Shown here one piece after another: positions 9,699 through 18,426 of a stretch of DNA of 32,000 nucleotides. The stretch's first letter is position 1. Every line of letters starts with the position of its first letter. The notes below the pieces were generated by a model. That model was not told the DNA's origin and ran no database searches. It saw only the letters and a list, made by a program, of their open reading frames with translations. The position numbers were made by a program, and so were the translations under genes. The stretch comes from Brevibacillus brevis (GTDB lineage: Bacteria; Bacillota; Bacilli; Brevibacillales; Brevibacillaceae), in NCBI RefSeq assembly GCF_031583145.1, contig NZ_CP134050.1, positions 685,739 through 717,738 of the forward strand, read 5' to 3'.

Positions 9699-10490
9699 GT
9701 GATCCAATACTTGATCGAGATTCAGGAACTGACCAAAGCATTCGGGGGAAATATCGTTCTGGACAAGGTCACCTTCTCCATTCATAACCGGGAATTTCTC
9801 GTCATCCTGGGTTCCAGCGGGGCGGGGAAGTCGACGCTGCTGCGCTGCATCAACGGTTTGCTTGCGCCGACAAGCGGACAGATCCGAATGGACGGTACGG
9901 TCTATACACAAAAGAACATCCGGGAATTAAGGAGAAAAGTGGGCTTTATCTTCCAGCATTACGAGGTGATCGGCAACCTGTCCGTGATGCAGAACGTCCT
10001 GCTGGGCAGCCTGGGTACAAAATCCTTCTGGAATGTCTTTTTTTCCAGGGAGGAGCGCGTCAAGGCAGCGGAAGCCATCGAACTGGTCGGACTGGGGGAC
10101 AAGGTCCATGTACGGGTCGATCAGCTCAGCGGCGGACAAAAGCAAAGGGTCGGGATTGCCCGGGCCGTTTTTCAAAATCCGCAGGTGATTTTGGCCGATG
10201 AACCTGTTGCCAGTCTGGATCCGGTGACCAGTCTGGAAATCCTTTCGCTGCTCAAGCGAATCAAGGAGGAAAAAGGCACGACCATTGTCTGCAATCTTCA
10301 CCAGCTGGAGTATGCGCGCACTTTCGGGGAACGGATTATCGGGATTCGCCACGGAATGATTCAGTATGACGGGCAGGCATCCCGGATTACGGAAGCGGAT
10401 ATCCGGAACATTTACGGTAATGCTTACATGCTGGAACAGGGTGAGCGTGAAGAGGAAGGACGCACTGCTGCACAATTGGTTCATTCCTAA
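9699..10490 (+). CDS. phnC: phosphonate/phosphite ABC transporter ATP-binding protein (PhnC/PtxA family)
   Basis: Walker A 'GSSGAGKST', signature 'LSGGQKQRVGIARA', Walker B 'ILADEP', and the PhnC-typical 'LRCINGL'. The start is GTG 9699 or TTG 9711, which I cannot resolve. Confidence 0.88.
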   Translation: MIQYLIEIQELTKAFGGNIVLDKVTFSIHNREFLVILGSSGAGKSTLLRCINGLLAPTSGQIRMDGTVYTQKNIRELRRKVGFIFQHYEVIGNLSVMQNVLLGSLGTKSFWNVFFSREERVKAAEAIELVGLGDKVHVRVDQLSGGQKQRVGIARAVFQNPQVILADEPVASLDPVTSLEILSLLKRIKEEKGTTIVCNLHQLEYARTFGERIIGIRHGMIQYDGQASRITEADIRNIYGNAYMLEQGEREEEGRTAAQLVHS

Positions 10491-10509
10491 ACAACGAGGA
10501 GGGCTTTTT

Positions 10510-11427
10510 ATGAAAAAACGATTTGTGCTTGGCATGATTCTGGCACTCACCGCCATGCTCGCTGTCGGATGCGGAAGCAACAACACGGCGCCAGCGGGGA
10601 CAAATGCCGCCAATGAGACAAATGCCGCAAAGGCAAGCAAGCCGGAAAAGCTGCGGGTAGCGCTGCTGCCGGACGAATCGCCGTCCACGGTCATTACGAA
10701 CAATACCGCGTTGAAAGAGTATTTGTCGAAAACGCTGAACATGGAAGTGGAACTGGTGGTGACCACGGACTACTCTTCCATGATTGAAGCGATGCGAAAC
10801 GGAAAAATCGATGTCGGCTACTACGGCCCGCTTTCCTACGTGCTGCTGAAGCAAAAAATGGAGAATGCGGTGGCGTTTGCGGCTAAAGTGGAAAACGGCT
10901 CTCCTACTTACCAAGCTGTCGTGATTGCCGGCGCCGATACCGGGATTCAATCGCTTTCCGATGTCAAAGGAAAAACCGTTGCCTACGGGGATGTATCGTC
11001 CACATCCAGCCACTTGATCCCCAAGGAAATGCTCTTGTCGGAAGGAAAAGCGGAAGCAGGCAAGGACTACGAGGAACAATTTGTCGGAGCGCATGATGCC
11101 GTTGCCATGGCAGTACAAAACGGAAACGCGCAGGCTGGCGGGCTGAGCAAGCCAATCTTTGAATCGATGGTGGAAAAAGGGACGATCGACCCGAACAAAG
11201 TCAAAGTGATTGCCGAATCGAAACCGTATCCGAACTACCCATGGGTATTGAACGGCGAATTGGACGCTGAGCTGCAGGAACAGATCAAACAGGCTTTCTA
11301 CAACCTGAAGGACGAGGCTGTCTTAAAACCGTTGAAAGGGGAAGGCTTTGCTCCGATCGAGGACAAGGATTATGATGTAATCCGCAACATGGTGGAATTG
11401 CTTGGCGTGGATCTGGAGTCGGTCTGA
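10510..11427 (+). CDS. phnD: phosphonate/phosphite ABC transporter substrate-binding lipoprotein (PhnD/PtxB family)
   Basis: Lipobox 'LAVGCGS' after MKKRFVLGMILALTAML. PhnD-like 'KLRVALLPDESPS', 'DVGYYGPLSYV', 'YGDVSSTSSHLIP'. The ORF-track start at 10366 overlaps phnC and is rejected. Confidence 0.88.
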   Translation: MKKRFVLGMILALTAMLAVGCGSNNTAPAGTNAANETNAAKASKPEKLRVALLPDESPSTVITNNTALKEYLSKTLNMEVELVVTTDYSSMIEAMRNGKIDVGYYGPLSYVLLKQKMENAVAFAAKVENGSPTYQAVVIAGADTGIQSLSDVKGKTVAYGDVSSTSSHLIPKEMLLSEGKAEAGKDYEEQFVGAHDAVAMAVQNGNAQAGGLSKPIFESMVEKGTIDPNKVKVIAESKPYPNYPWVLNGELDAELQEQIKQAFYNLKDEAVLKPLKGEGFAPIEDKDYDVIRNMVELLGVDLESV

Positions 11428-12260
11428 TGAAACCGGAACAATCAGAAGCAGTCCACAAGAAAGCAGCTCTCTCGCCCGGAAACAGCTTCTGGGCGAACTG
11501 GGGCTGGGTGATCGGCACGGGAGCTGTCCTGATCGTCGGAGCGTTGGTCTATACCCTCGTGATCAGTTGGGAAGCGTTGATGGCAGGCGACATTCTGGAA
11601 AACATGTCCCGCATCATCGGCGAAATGTTTCCGCCCGATCTGTCGATTATCGCCACATTGGGCCAACCGATCATCGACACGTTGGCGATGAGTGTAATGG
11701 CTACCCTGCTTGCGGTTTGCATCGCCTTTCCGCTCGGCTTTCTCGCCGCGGAAACCACGACCATCCATCCGACAGTGCGGTATTTGGTCAAAGGGTTGTT
11801 CAATGCCTTGCGAACCATTCCTGAATTGATTTTGGCGATCATTTTTGTCGCTTCGGTTGGGTTTGGTATCCTGCCGGGAATTCTGGCCTTGGGCCTGCAT
11901 TCAGCGGGGATGCTTGGGAAATTTTACGCCGAAGCCATTGACAAGGTGGACAAGGGACTGATAGAAGCGGTGGAAGCATGCGGCGGATCCCGTTTTCACG
12001 TCATCGTGTTTGGCGTGATTCCGCAGATTATCAGCCATTGCGTCGATTTCTCCCTGTACCGTTGGGAGTACAACTTTCGGGCATCAACCGTTGTAGGGAT
12101 GATTGGAGCGGGTGGAATCGGCTTCCAACTGATGGCCTCCCTGCGGATCCTGCAGTATCAAGAGGTGTTGGCCATCCTGGTGGCCGTGTTTGTCATGGTT
12201 CAGCTTGTCGATGCGTTCGGAAACGCAATTCGAAACAAATTGATCGTGCGGGAGAGGTAA
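11427..12260 (+). CDS. phnE: phosphonate/phosphite ABC transporter permease (PhnE/PtxC family)
   Basis: TGATG overlap with phnD. A polytopic membrane protein with the PhnE-type EAA-like loop 'EAIDKVDKGLIEAVEACGGSRF'. Confidence 0.88.
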   Translation: MKPEQSEAVHKKAALSPGNSFWANWGWVIGTGAVLIVGALVYTLVISWEALMAGDILENMSRIIGEMFPPDLSIIATLGQPIIDTLAMSVMATLLAVCIAFPLGFLAAETTTIHPTVRYLVKGLFNALRTIPELILAIIFVASVGFGILPGILALGLHSAGMLGKFYAEAIDKVDKGLIEAVEACGGSRFHVIVFGVIPQIISHCVDFSLYRWEYNFRASTVVGMIGAGGIGFQLMASLRILQYQEVLAILVAVFVMVQLVDAFGNAIRNKLIVRER

Positions 12261-12262
12261 TC

Positions 12263-13273
12263 ATGAAGAAGCCAAAGGTGTTTATTTCGCATTGGATGCC
12301 GGCCATCGGCGTGGACATGATCCGGCAGCACTGCGAGGTTGACTACTACGACGGAACGGTTCCCCTGGACAAGAGGGAATTCATTGCCCGGGCAGCAGAC
12401 GCGGACGCCCTGCTGGTTTTCGTACCGGATGTGATCGACGCAGAGATTTTGGACCATTGCCCCAAGGTAAAAGTGATCAGCAGCTTTGGAAAAGGGTATG
12501 ACAACATCGATGTGGGAGCGTGTTCCAGGCGGGGCATCCTGGTTACCATCAATCCGGACGCCCTGACGGATTCCACGGCGGATTTGGCCATCGGTCTTCT
12601 GCTCGCCCTCTCGCGCAACATTTTGCCGGGAGACGCTCATGTCAGAAGAAAGGCTTTTGCCGGATGGCATGCCACCAACCTGCTGGGAAAGGATTTTCAC
12701 CATTCCACGTTGGGGATTATTGGCATGGGGGCCATCGGAGAAGCGATTGCCGCCAGAGCCAAAGGATTTCAGACGGAGATGTGGTACACCGATGTGCAGC
12801 GTTTTCCGGAAAAGGAAGAGAAATGGGGGATTCGCTATACCGACCTCCAAAGTTTGCTGGAACAATCGGATTTTGTCATCGTCGCCGTCAATCTGGTGCC
12901 GGAAACCTATCATCTGATCGGCGGGGATCAGCTGCAGCGGATGAAGCCGGGCAGCTGTCTGATCAATATCAGCAGGGGATCCACCGTGGATGAGGCGGCC
13001 GTCGCCCGATCCCTGCAGGCCGGGCATCTGGGAGGATACGCGTCCGATGTGTTTGCGTTTGAAGATCCTTCGAACCCCCATCGTCCGGGGTATATCGCCG
13101 AGGAATTGCTGTCCCGCCAGACGGACACCGTCTTTACGCCCCATATCGGCACAGGAACCTTGCAGGCACGGGACCGTTTGGCGGTTTCCAGCGCCAATCA
13201 GCTGCTGGCCGCACTGAAAGGCGACCGTCCAACAGGTGCCGTCAATTTCCAGCAAGTCAAAGAGTTGGCTTAA
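12263..13273 (+). CDS. ptxD: NAD-dependent phosphite (phosphonate) dehydrogenase, PtxD-like D-2-hydroxyacid dehydrogenase family
   Basis: 336 aa with a GGAGAGG RBS. Rossmann 'GIIGMGAIG', and a catalytic R/E/H triad context 'SRGSTVDE', 'GGYASDVFAFEDPSNPHRP', 'TPHIGTG'. These closely parallel my recollection of P. stutzeri PtxD ('CRGSVVDE', 'GGYAADVFEMEDWARADRP', 'TPHIGSA'). The gene sits immediately after phnCDE-type genes, as in ptxABCD. Confidence 0.78.
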   Translation: MKKPKVFISHWMPAIGVDMIRQHCEVDYYDGTVPLDKREFIARAADADALLVFVPDVIDAEILDHCPKVKVISSFGKGYDNIDVGACSRRGILVTINPDALTDSTADLAIGLLLALSRNILPGDAHVRRKAFAGWHATNLLGKDFHHSTLGIIGMGAIGEAIAARAKGFQTEMWYTDVQRFPEKEEKWGIRYTDLQSLLEQSDFVIVAVNLVPETYHLIGGDQLQRMKPGSCLINISRGSTVDEAAVARSLQAGHLGGYASDVFAFEDPSNPHRPGYIAEELLSRQTDTVFTPHIGTGTLQARDRLAVSSANQLLAALKGDRPTGAVNFQQVKELA

Positions 13274-13288
13274 GCAAGAAGGAAACGA

Positions 13289-13336
13289 AAAAGGAAAACC
13301 GGCTGCCGTTCTTGCGGCGATCGGTTTTCCTTTTTT
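13289..13336. terminator. bidirectional rho-independent terminator between convergent ptxD and lysR-type genes
   Basis: Long hairpin GGAAAACCG...CGGTTTTCC with an inner GCCG/CGGC pairing, an A-run upstream and a T-run downstream. Confidence 0.75.
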
Positions 13337-13347
13337 ATCGAGACTTT

Positions 13348-14253
13348 TCAGGATGCAAAATACTTTCCGATATAGTGCAGGAACGTTTCCGTTTGGCTGG
13401 GTAGCACTTTGCTTTTGTCGCTGACCAGGTAAAAGGAGCGGTGAAAATGCATGCCTTTCATGGGAATGATCCGCAGCGTCCCCAGTTTCAATTCGCGTGT
13501 CAGGGCGAACCGGGACAGGATCGAGATCCCCATCCCTGTTTCCACGGCAGCCTTCACCGCCTCCGTATTTCCCAATTCCATCACGATGTGCAGTTTCTCG
13601 GGATCAAGATCCAGCCCTACCAGCGTTTCTTCAATGACCTGACGCGTCCCTGACCCCGGTTCCCGCAGAATTAGCGGGAGGGAAAACAGTTCGTATGGGG
13701 TGATGGATTCGCGGTTTTGAAGCAAGGGATGGGGCGATTCCCGTGAGCAAACCACCATCAGTTCGTCATCCAGAATGGGCTGGTAGGAAAGCTTGGGGTG
13801 GCGCAGCGAAGACTCGATGAATCCCAGCTGTATTTCGTGGTCCAGCAGCTGGTTGATGATCTGATGGGAATTGTTGATTTGCATACGGATCGTCACTTGG
13901 GGATAATCCCTCTTGAAGCGGCCCAGTACATAGGGGAGCACGTGCTCGCCAATCGTCGTGCTCGCGCCGATGTGGACCTCGCCGGTTAAAGCGCCGGACA
14001 AAAGGGATATTTCCTTTTCGGCGTTCTCCACCAGGTGAAAGATTCTCTCCGCGTAATGAAACAGGAGGTTTCCGGATTCCGTCAACCGGATCGACTTGGT
14101 GGTGCGCTCAAAAAGTTTCGTCTGCAGATGTTCCTCCAGACGCCGGATCTGGATGCTGACGGAGGATTGGGAAATGTGCAGGGACTTGGCCGTTTGCGAA
14201 AAATTCCGCTTCTTGGCCGCCACGTAAAATACCTTCAAGTGATCGAGATTCAT
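13348..14253 (-). CDS. LysR-family transcriptional regulator (possible PtxE analogue)
   Basis: N-terminal HTH 'LKVFYVAAKKRNFSQTAKSLHISQSSVSIQIRRLEEHL' plus a LysR substrate-binding domain. The link to ptxE rests only on adjacency to the ptx-like genes. Confidence 0.88.
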   Translation of the reverse strand: MNLDHLKVFYVAAKKRNFSQTAKSLHISQSSVSIQIRRLEEHLQTKLFERTTKSIRLTESGNLLFHYAERIFHLVENAEKEISLLSGALTGEVHIGASTTIGEHVLPYVLGRFKRDYPQVTIRMQINNSHQIINQLLDHEIQLGFIESSLRHPKLSYQPILDDELMVVCSRESPHPLLQNRESITPYELFSLPLILREPGSGTRQVIEETLVGLDLDPEKLHIVMELGNTEAVKAAVETGMGISILSRFALTRELKLGTLRIIPMKGMHFHRSFYLVSDKSKVLPSQTETFLHYIGKYFAS

Positions 14254-14369
14254 GGATCTTCTCCTGTTTGCCGAGGTTAGTTTTATCTTAAATCATTTTC
14301 CGCGACGGAGAAAGACAGCCAACCGGATTTACGCAAAAAGGCGGTTAGCGCAAGTGACCATCGACCGGG

Positions 14370-14450
14370 TCAAGTGATGCGGTATACCTTCAGCTTGCGG
14401 TGCAAGGTGCGTATGCCGATGCCCGGCTCCTTGGCGGCTTCCTGCTTGCC
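14370..14450 (-). pseudogene. remnant: C-terminal Fis-type HTH of a sigma-54-dependent activator
   Basis: Minus-strand 'GKQEAAKEPGIGIRTLHRKLKVYRIT*' matches the conserved '...AAk.LGisR.TLyRKLkeY.I' tail. A stop codon lies immediately upstream, so only 26 codons survive. Confidence 0.55.
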
Positions 14451-14500
14451 TTACGATCCGCACCGTGCTTCCTGCGTGCCGCCCGGATGGCAAGACGGGC

Positions 14501-14616
14501 CTGGAAAATGTGATTGAAGGCCGGTTCATTCATGTAAAAAAGAAAAACAGGCAGGAAGCGGCTGACAAGGCGATGAATTTACTGGGAAGAGTGGGACTGA
14601 CTGACAAGGCGGACGC
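14501..14616 (+). pseudogene. remnant: internal fragment of a polar-amino-acid ABC transporter ATPase
   Basis: 'LENVIEGRFIHVKKKNRQEAADKAMNLLGRVGLTDKAD' is the segment between the Q-loop and the signature motif of GlnQ/ArtP-type ATPases. No Walker A or signature motif flanks it. Confidence 0.55.
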
Positions 14617-14657
14617 GTCGGTTCCTGCAGCAACTATTATAAGGAGAAGGTGGACAC

Positions 14658-16307
14658 ATGTTGAATTGCCGTGAACAGATTCTGGCTTTGACCGAAGCGT
14701 TGGTGGGTGTGGAAAGCGTTGTAAACACAAAGGGCGAAATCGACATCGCCCGCCATCTCTACCAATACCTGAATACGCTCCCCTATTTTCAGGAAAACCC
14801 TGACCGGCTTGTCCTCTCCCGTACAGGTAACGACGAGCTGGAGCGGTACAACGTTTTGGCATTTGTCAAAGGCACCAAGAGACCGAGCAGCAAGACGGTC
14901 ATCCTGATGGGGCATCTCGATACGGTGGGGATCGAGGATTACAACCACCTGAGAGACAAGGCCTGCCGTCCGCGCCCCCTGATGGAAGCCTTGGCGCGGG
15001 AGCCTTTGCCGGAACTGGTCAGGCAGCAGCTGGAATCGGGGGAATGGTACTTCGGCCGCGGCGCGCTGGATATGAAGGGCGGTGTCGCCAGCCATCTCTA
15101 CCTGCTGCGCCACTACGCCGAGCATCCGGAGGAATTGGCCGGCAATTTGCTGTTTTTGGCCGAGTGCGACGAGGAAGACAGTTCCCACGGTGTCCTGTCG
15201 GCACTAAAGGATTTGCAAAAATGGCGGGACGAGCACGGCTTCGAGTACATCGCCCTGATCAACTCCGACTTCGTCGCGCCGCGCTACGACGGCGATCCCA
15301 ATCGCTATATCTACAAGGGGACCGTGGGCAAGCTGCTACCGTCGTTTTTCATCACCGGATATGAAACGCACGCAGGGTCGGCGTTTGAAGGACTTGACCC
15401 GAATTTCATCGCCGCCGAGCTCACGCGTCAAATCAGCTACAATCCCGATCTTTGCGACGAGGCGTACGGCGAAATGCCGGTGCCGCCAGTCTCCTTGAAG
15501 CAGACCGACCTCAAGCCCACCTACACGATCCAGACGGCATTGTCCGCTTATGTCTACTTCAATTTTTTCATCCACTCCTGGTCGCCGAAGCAAGTATTGC
15601 AGATGCTGAAGGAACAGGCGGAAATCGCCTTTGAGAACGCGCTCACGCTTCTTCGCGAACGCCATCGCCGTTTTTGCGAGCGGAGCGGGCAGGCCTGGAC
15701 CGAACTGCCGTGGAAAACGCGCGTGCTCGTATACGAGGAGATGAAAAAACAGCTGGTGGAGGAGAACGGCGAGGCCTTCCTTGCCCATATGAAACAGTTC
15801 AAGGAGCAGCTGCTGGAAGACAAGAGCCTGGATGTCCGGATGTTCGCTGCCCGTGTCGTGGAGGAAGAATGGAAGTGGATGAAGGACAGGAGCCCGGCCA
15901 TCATCCTGTTTTACTCTTCTCTCTACTCCCCCCGGATCGAGCTGGTGGGCAGGGATGAGCGGGAGCAAAATCTGATCCATGCGCTAGAGCGTGCTGTCGA
16001 GACCGTCCAACCGCATTATCCGCATCCCATCGTGACGCGTCATTTCTTTCCGTTCGTATGTGACATGAGCTTTGTATCCCTCTCCGACGATGAGGAAGGA
16101 ATCCGGGCGGTTGCGGAAAACAATCCGGCTTGGGGGACGAAGCATTTCGTGAATTATCAGGATGTCCGCGAAATCGATGTCCCTTGCATCAATATCGGAC
16201 CGTATGGATACGACGCGCACAATCGGTATGAGCGCATGGAGATTCCGTACTCGGCGGAAGTGGTGCCGAATGTGACGAATGAAGTGATCAAGGAACTGTT
16301 GACGTAA
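14658..16307 (+). CDS. M20/M25/M40-family metallohydrolase, RocB-like (arginine-utilisation protein family)
   Basis: AAGGAGAAGG RBS. 549 aa, with 'VILMGHLDTVGIEDY', 'GRGALDMKGG' and 'FLAECDEEDSSHG' metal-ligand motifs. Size and N-terminus resemble B. subtilis RocB. Confidence 0.75.
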   Translation: MLNCREQILALTEALVGVESVVNTKGEIDIARHLYQYLNTLPYFQENPDRLVLSRTGNDELERYNVLAFVKGTKRPSSKTVILMGHLDTVGIEDYNHLRDKACRPRPLMEALAREPLPELVRQQLESGEWYFGRGALDMKGGVASHLYLLRHYAEHPEELAGNLLFLAECDEEDSSHGVLSALKDLQKWRDEHGFEYIALINSDFVAPRYDGDPNRYIYKGTVGKLLPSFFITGYETHAGSAFEGLDPNFIAAELTRQISYNPDLCDEAYGEMPVPPVSLKQTDLKPTYTIQTALSAYVYFNFFIHSWSPKQVLQMLKEQAEIAFENALTLLRERHRRFCERSGQAWTELPWKTRVLVYEEMKKQLVEENGEAFLAHMKQFKEQLLEDKSLDVRMFAARVVEEEWKWMKDRSPAIILFYSSLYSPRIELVGRDEREQNLIHALERAVETVQPHYPHPIVTRHFFPFVCDMSFVSLSDDEEGIRAVAENNPAWGTKHFVNYQDVREIDVPCINIGPYGYDAHNRYERMEIPYSAEVVPNVTNEVIKELLT

Positions 16308-16564
16308 AGGATTTGTCCCGCAAACAGGAACAAATGGGCGGGCCGTTGTCCTTTTGGGGGTGACGGCTTCTTTGTACAAGTGTCGCTGTACGTTTCTGCC
16401 TGGACAGTCGGATGGCGGGAATTTTGCCGTTTCGTGTTTCCGATCGTTTTTGTGTATACTCATTACAGGATTCGAAAAAAAGCAACCTTTTGAAACTGCA
16501 AAATGCAATACAAGAAAGCGAGTGAAATAAACGTGAAAGTGGCATCCATCCAATTGGAGATCAA

Positions 16565-17167
16565 GTTGAGTCCGTATAATTGTGTAAAAACAGCATCTCT
16601 CTAAAAATAAGGGAGCCATTTTCAATCCCCCTCGGTTAGAATGAAGTTGACTAGACAACATTCGAAGGAGAGGGAATTTGAAATGGCTCAATACCAGATT
16701 ACCGTAGATTCGCAACTTTTGCATCAGCTTTTTCTCGGCAATTCACAGGATTCGGGAGTGGCCAAGTTGTTGGAATCCGTATTGAACCAAGTCTTGCAGG
16801 CACAGGCGACCGAACAGTTGGGGGCGGAACCCTACGAACGGACAGATGAGCGTCAAGCATATCGAAATGGTACATACCCACACCAATTGACTACACGTGT
16901 CGGTACGATCACGCTTCGTGTCCCCCGGATTCGCGGCGGGAAGTTCTCAACGGAGTTGTTTGCCAGTTACCAACGCAGCGAACAGGCTCTGGTGCTAGCT
17001 TTGATGGAGATGGTCGTAAACGGGGTGTCGACCCGCAAGGTGTCACAGATCACGGATGAATTGTGTGGCACGGCGTTTTCGAAATCCACGGTGTCGGATC
17101 TGTGTAAGTGGCTGGACCCAATCGTGACAGCTTGGAACAACCGTCCGCTTCATGACCATTCGTTCCC
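16565..17167 (+). mobile_element. IS256-family element, 5-prime ~600 bp only (copy 1, truncated)
   Basis: It shares the left end 'GTTGAGTCCGTATAATTGTGTAAAAAC' and the following sequence with the copy at 20045. Homology stops at 17167, where an IS21-type terminus (TGT...) begins. Confidence 0.85.
16683..17167 (+). pseudogene. IS256-family transposase, N-terminal ~160 codons
   Basis: 'MAQYQITVDSQLLHQLF...TRKVSQITDELCGTAFSKSTVSDLCKWLD' is colinear with 20163-20650. It reads into foreign sequence and stops at 17183. Confidence 0.88.
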
Positions 17168-17410
17168 TGTTTTTGGCAAGTAAGAAATGTAGTAAATGGC
17201 AATTAAAAATGTACCACTTGCCTTCAACTTTTTTATTTACCGTGTAAAAGCGATTCTTTGTACCGATGGCTTTCGCCATTGAATATGATCAAATGAGAGT
17301 GATGAATCAAACGATCAATCACTGCCACTGTCAAAATTCGATCGCCAAAAACATGGTTCCATTGTGGGATTGGATCCGTGATATTGATCCGGTCGGTCGG
17401 CGTATCGGTA
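17168..17410 (-). pseudogene. IS21-family element fragment: istB C-terminal codons plus terminal repeat region
   Basis: Minus-strand '...WNHVFGDRILTVAVIDRLIHHSHLIIFNGESHRYKESLL' is the conserved IstB C-terminus. The element end (TGT at 17168) abuts the truncated IS256. The upstream limit is approximate. Confidence 0.65.
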
Positions 17411-17569
17411 AACAACGAGGAGGCATTTTGGGTTGATCTGAGCAGGATAATCGAGGAAAATATGTATCAAAATCTTCCTTTTTCCACGCTCCCTGCCCAC
17501 GACTGTATTCTAACCCGTTGTCGTTTTTTACCATCAGGTATATACTGTTGTTTGGAAGGAGGGATGGGG

Positions 17570-18112
17570 ATGCTTAGAAGATTTATGTTGGCGTTTATTG
17601 CTCTTCTTTGCCTCGGGGCACAAACTGCTTCCGCAGATGTTTCTGTTAAGGGATATTTCAGAAAAGACGGTACATACGTCAAACCACATATGCGGAGTAA
17701 TCCAGACGGCAACTTTTGGAACAATTGGAGCACCAAGGGCAACATAAATCCATACACAGGGGAACCTGGAACGAAATCATGGCCGACTTACACGCCATCG
17801 TTTACACCGTACACACCAACGTTACCGGAACCGACATTGCCTGACTTTCCAACGTACTCACAACCGAATTACACGCCGTCTCAATCCGAACCTGTCCCGC
17901 CAGAGGCACCAGAAACATTTATGTCGCCGAAGCCTGCGAAGGGATGCCAATCCATCACAATTCCAGAACGCAAGATACCTCAAAGGGTGATTCCCAAACG
18001 TGTCATTCCTGCTCGGACCATCAACGGCATTTACTATCCGGAAATGGTTTTGCCGGAAGTTGTACTCCCTGAAGTTGTATTGCCTGCCCAAACGATGACT
18101 ATATGTAATTAA
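17570..18112 (+). CDS. secreted hypothetical protein (signal peptide; 'YxRKDGTYVxPHxRSxPD...NPYTG' motif; Pro-rich repeats)
   Basis: GGAAGGAGGG RBS. Signal peptide 'MLRRFMLAFIALLCLGAQTASA/DV'. It carries a conserved small-protein motif that I recognise from many uncharacterised bacterial proteins. The C-terminal half is P/T/Y-rich with VIP/VLP pentapeptide repeats. Confidence 0.7.
   Translation: MLRRFMLAFIALLCLGAQTASADVSVKGYFRKDGTYVKPHMRSNPDGNFWNNWSTKGNINPYTGEPGTKSWPTYTPSFTPYTPTLPEPTLPDFPTYSQPNYTPSQSEPVPPEAPETFMSPKPAKGCQSITIPERKIPQRVIPKRVIPARTINGIYYPEMVLPEVVLPEVVLPAQTMTICN
18041..18085 (+). repeat. 3 x 15-bp imperfect tandem repeat inside the secreted-protein gene (EMVLP-EVVLP-EVVLP)
   Basis: gaaatggttttgccg / gaagttgtactccct / gaagttgtattgcct, read directly from the sequence. 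Confidence 0.8.
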
Positions 18113-18426
18113 AAAGGAGTTGCGCTCATTTATCAATTGGCTCCCATTTCGTTTTCTGTTATGGGCTTCCTTGTGTACACTTTGATAAATGAGATTCTTC
18201 CGGAAAAGCATGATTAAGCGAGTCGCATACGCTGGAAGCGACAGCCCAGCAGCGTACCAGAGATGTGGTCATCGTTTTGCCTGTTGAAAGACAGTCCTTC
18301 TCTATTCGGGGAAGGGCTTTTATGCTGCGCTAGCCTGTGAAGCACTGCGTAGAGGCGTGACTCCCTCTTCAACTGGTCGGCCAAGCAGGCGAGTGCTTAC
18401 CTCGCTCCGGCGTTATGGCTGTGTAA

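Noticed and set aside
16534-16566. 'GTG AAA GTG GCA TCC ATC CAA TTG GAG ATC AAG' (VKVASIQLEIK), resembling the start of a carbon-nitrogen hydrolase/nitrilase gene cut by IS256
   Set aside because: Eleven codons with a weak RBS are too little to support a call.
212-16724. Other long antisense ORFs (212-694+, 808-1431+, 1498-2340-, 2297-3370-, 3844-4647-, 9927-10766-, 10387-11118-, 11978-12262+ extension, 12200-13255-, 14637-15188-, 15336-15980-, 15984-16724-)
   Set aside because: Each one overlaps a gene with clear family motifs on the other strand or frame. Their products are Arg/Gly/Pro-rich and low in complexity, and they lack RBSs.
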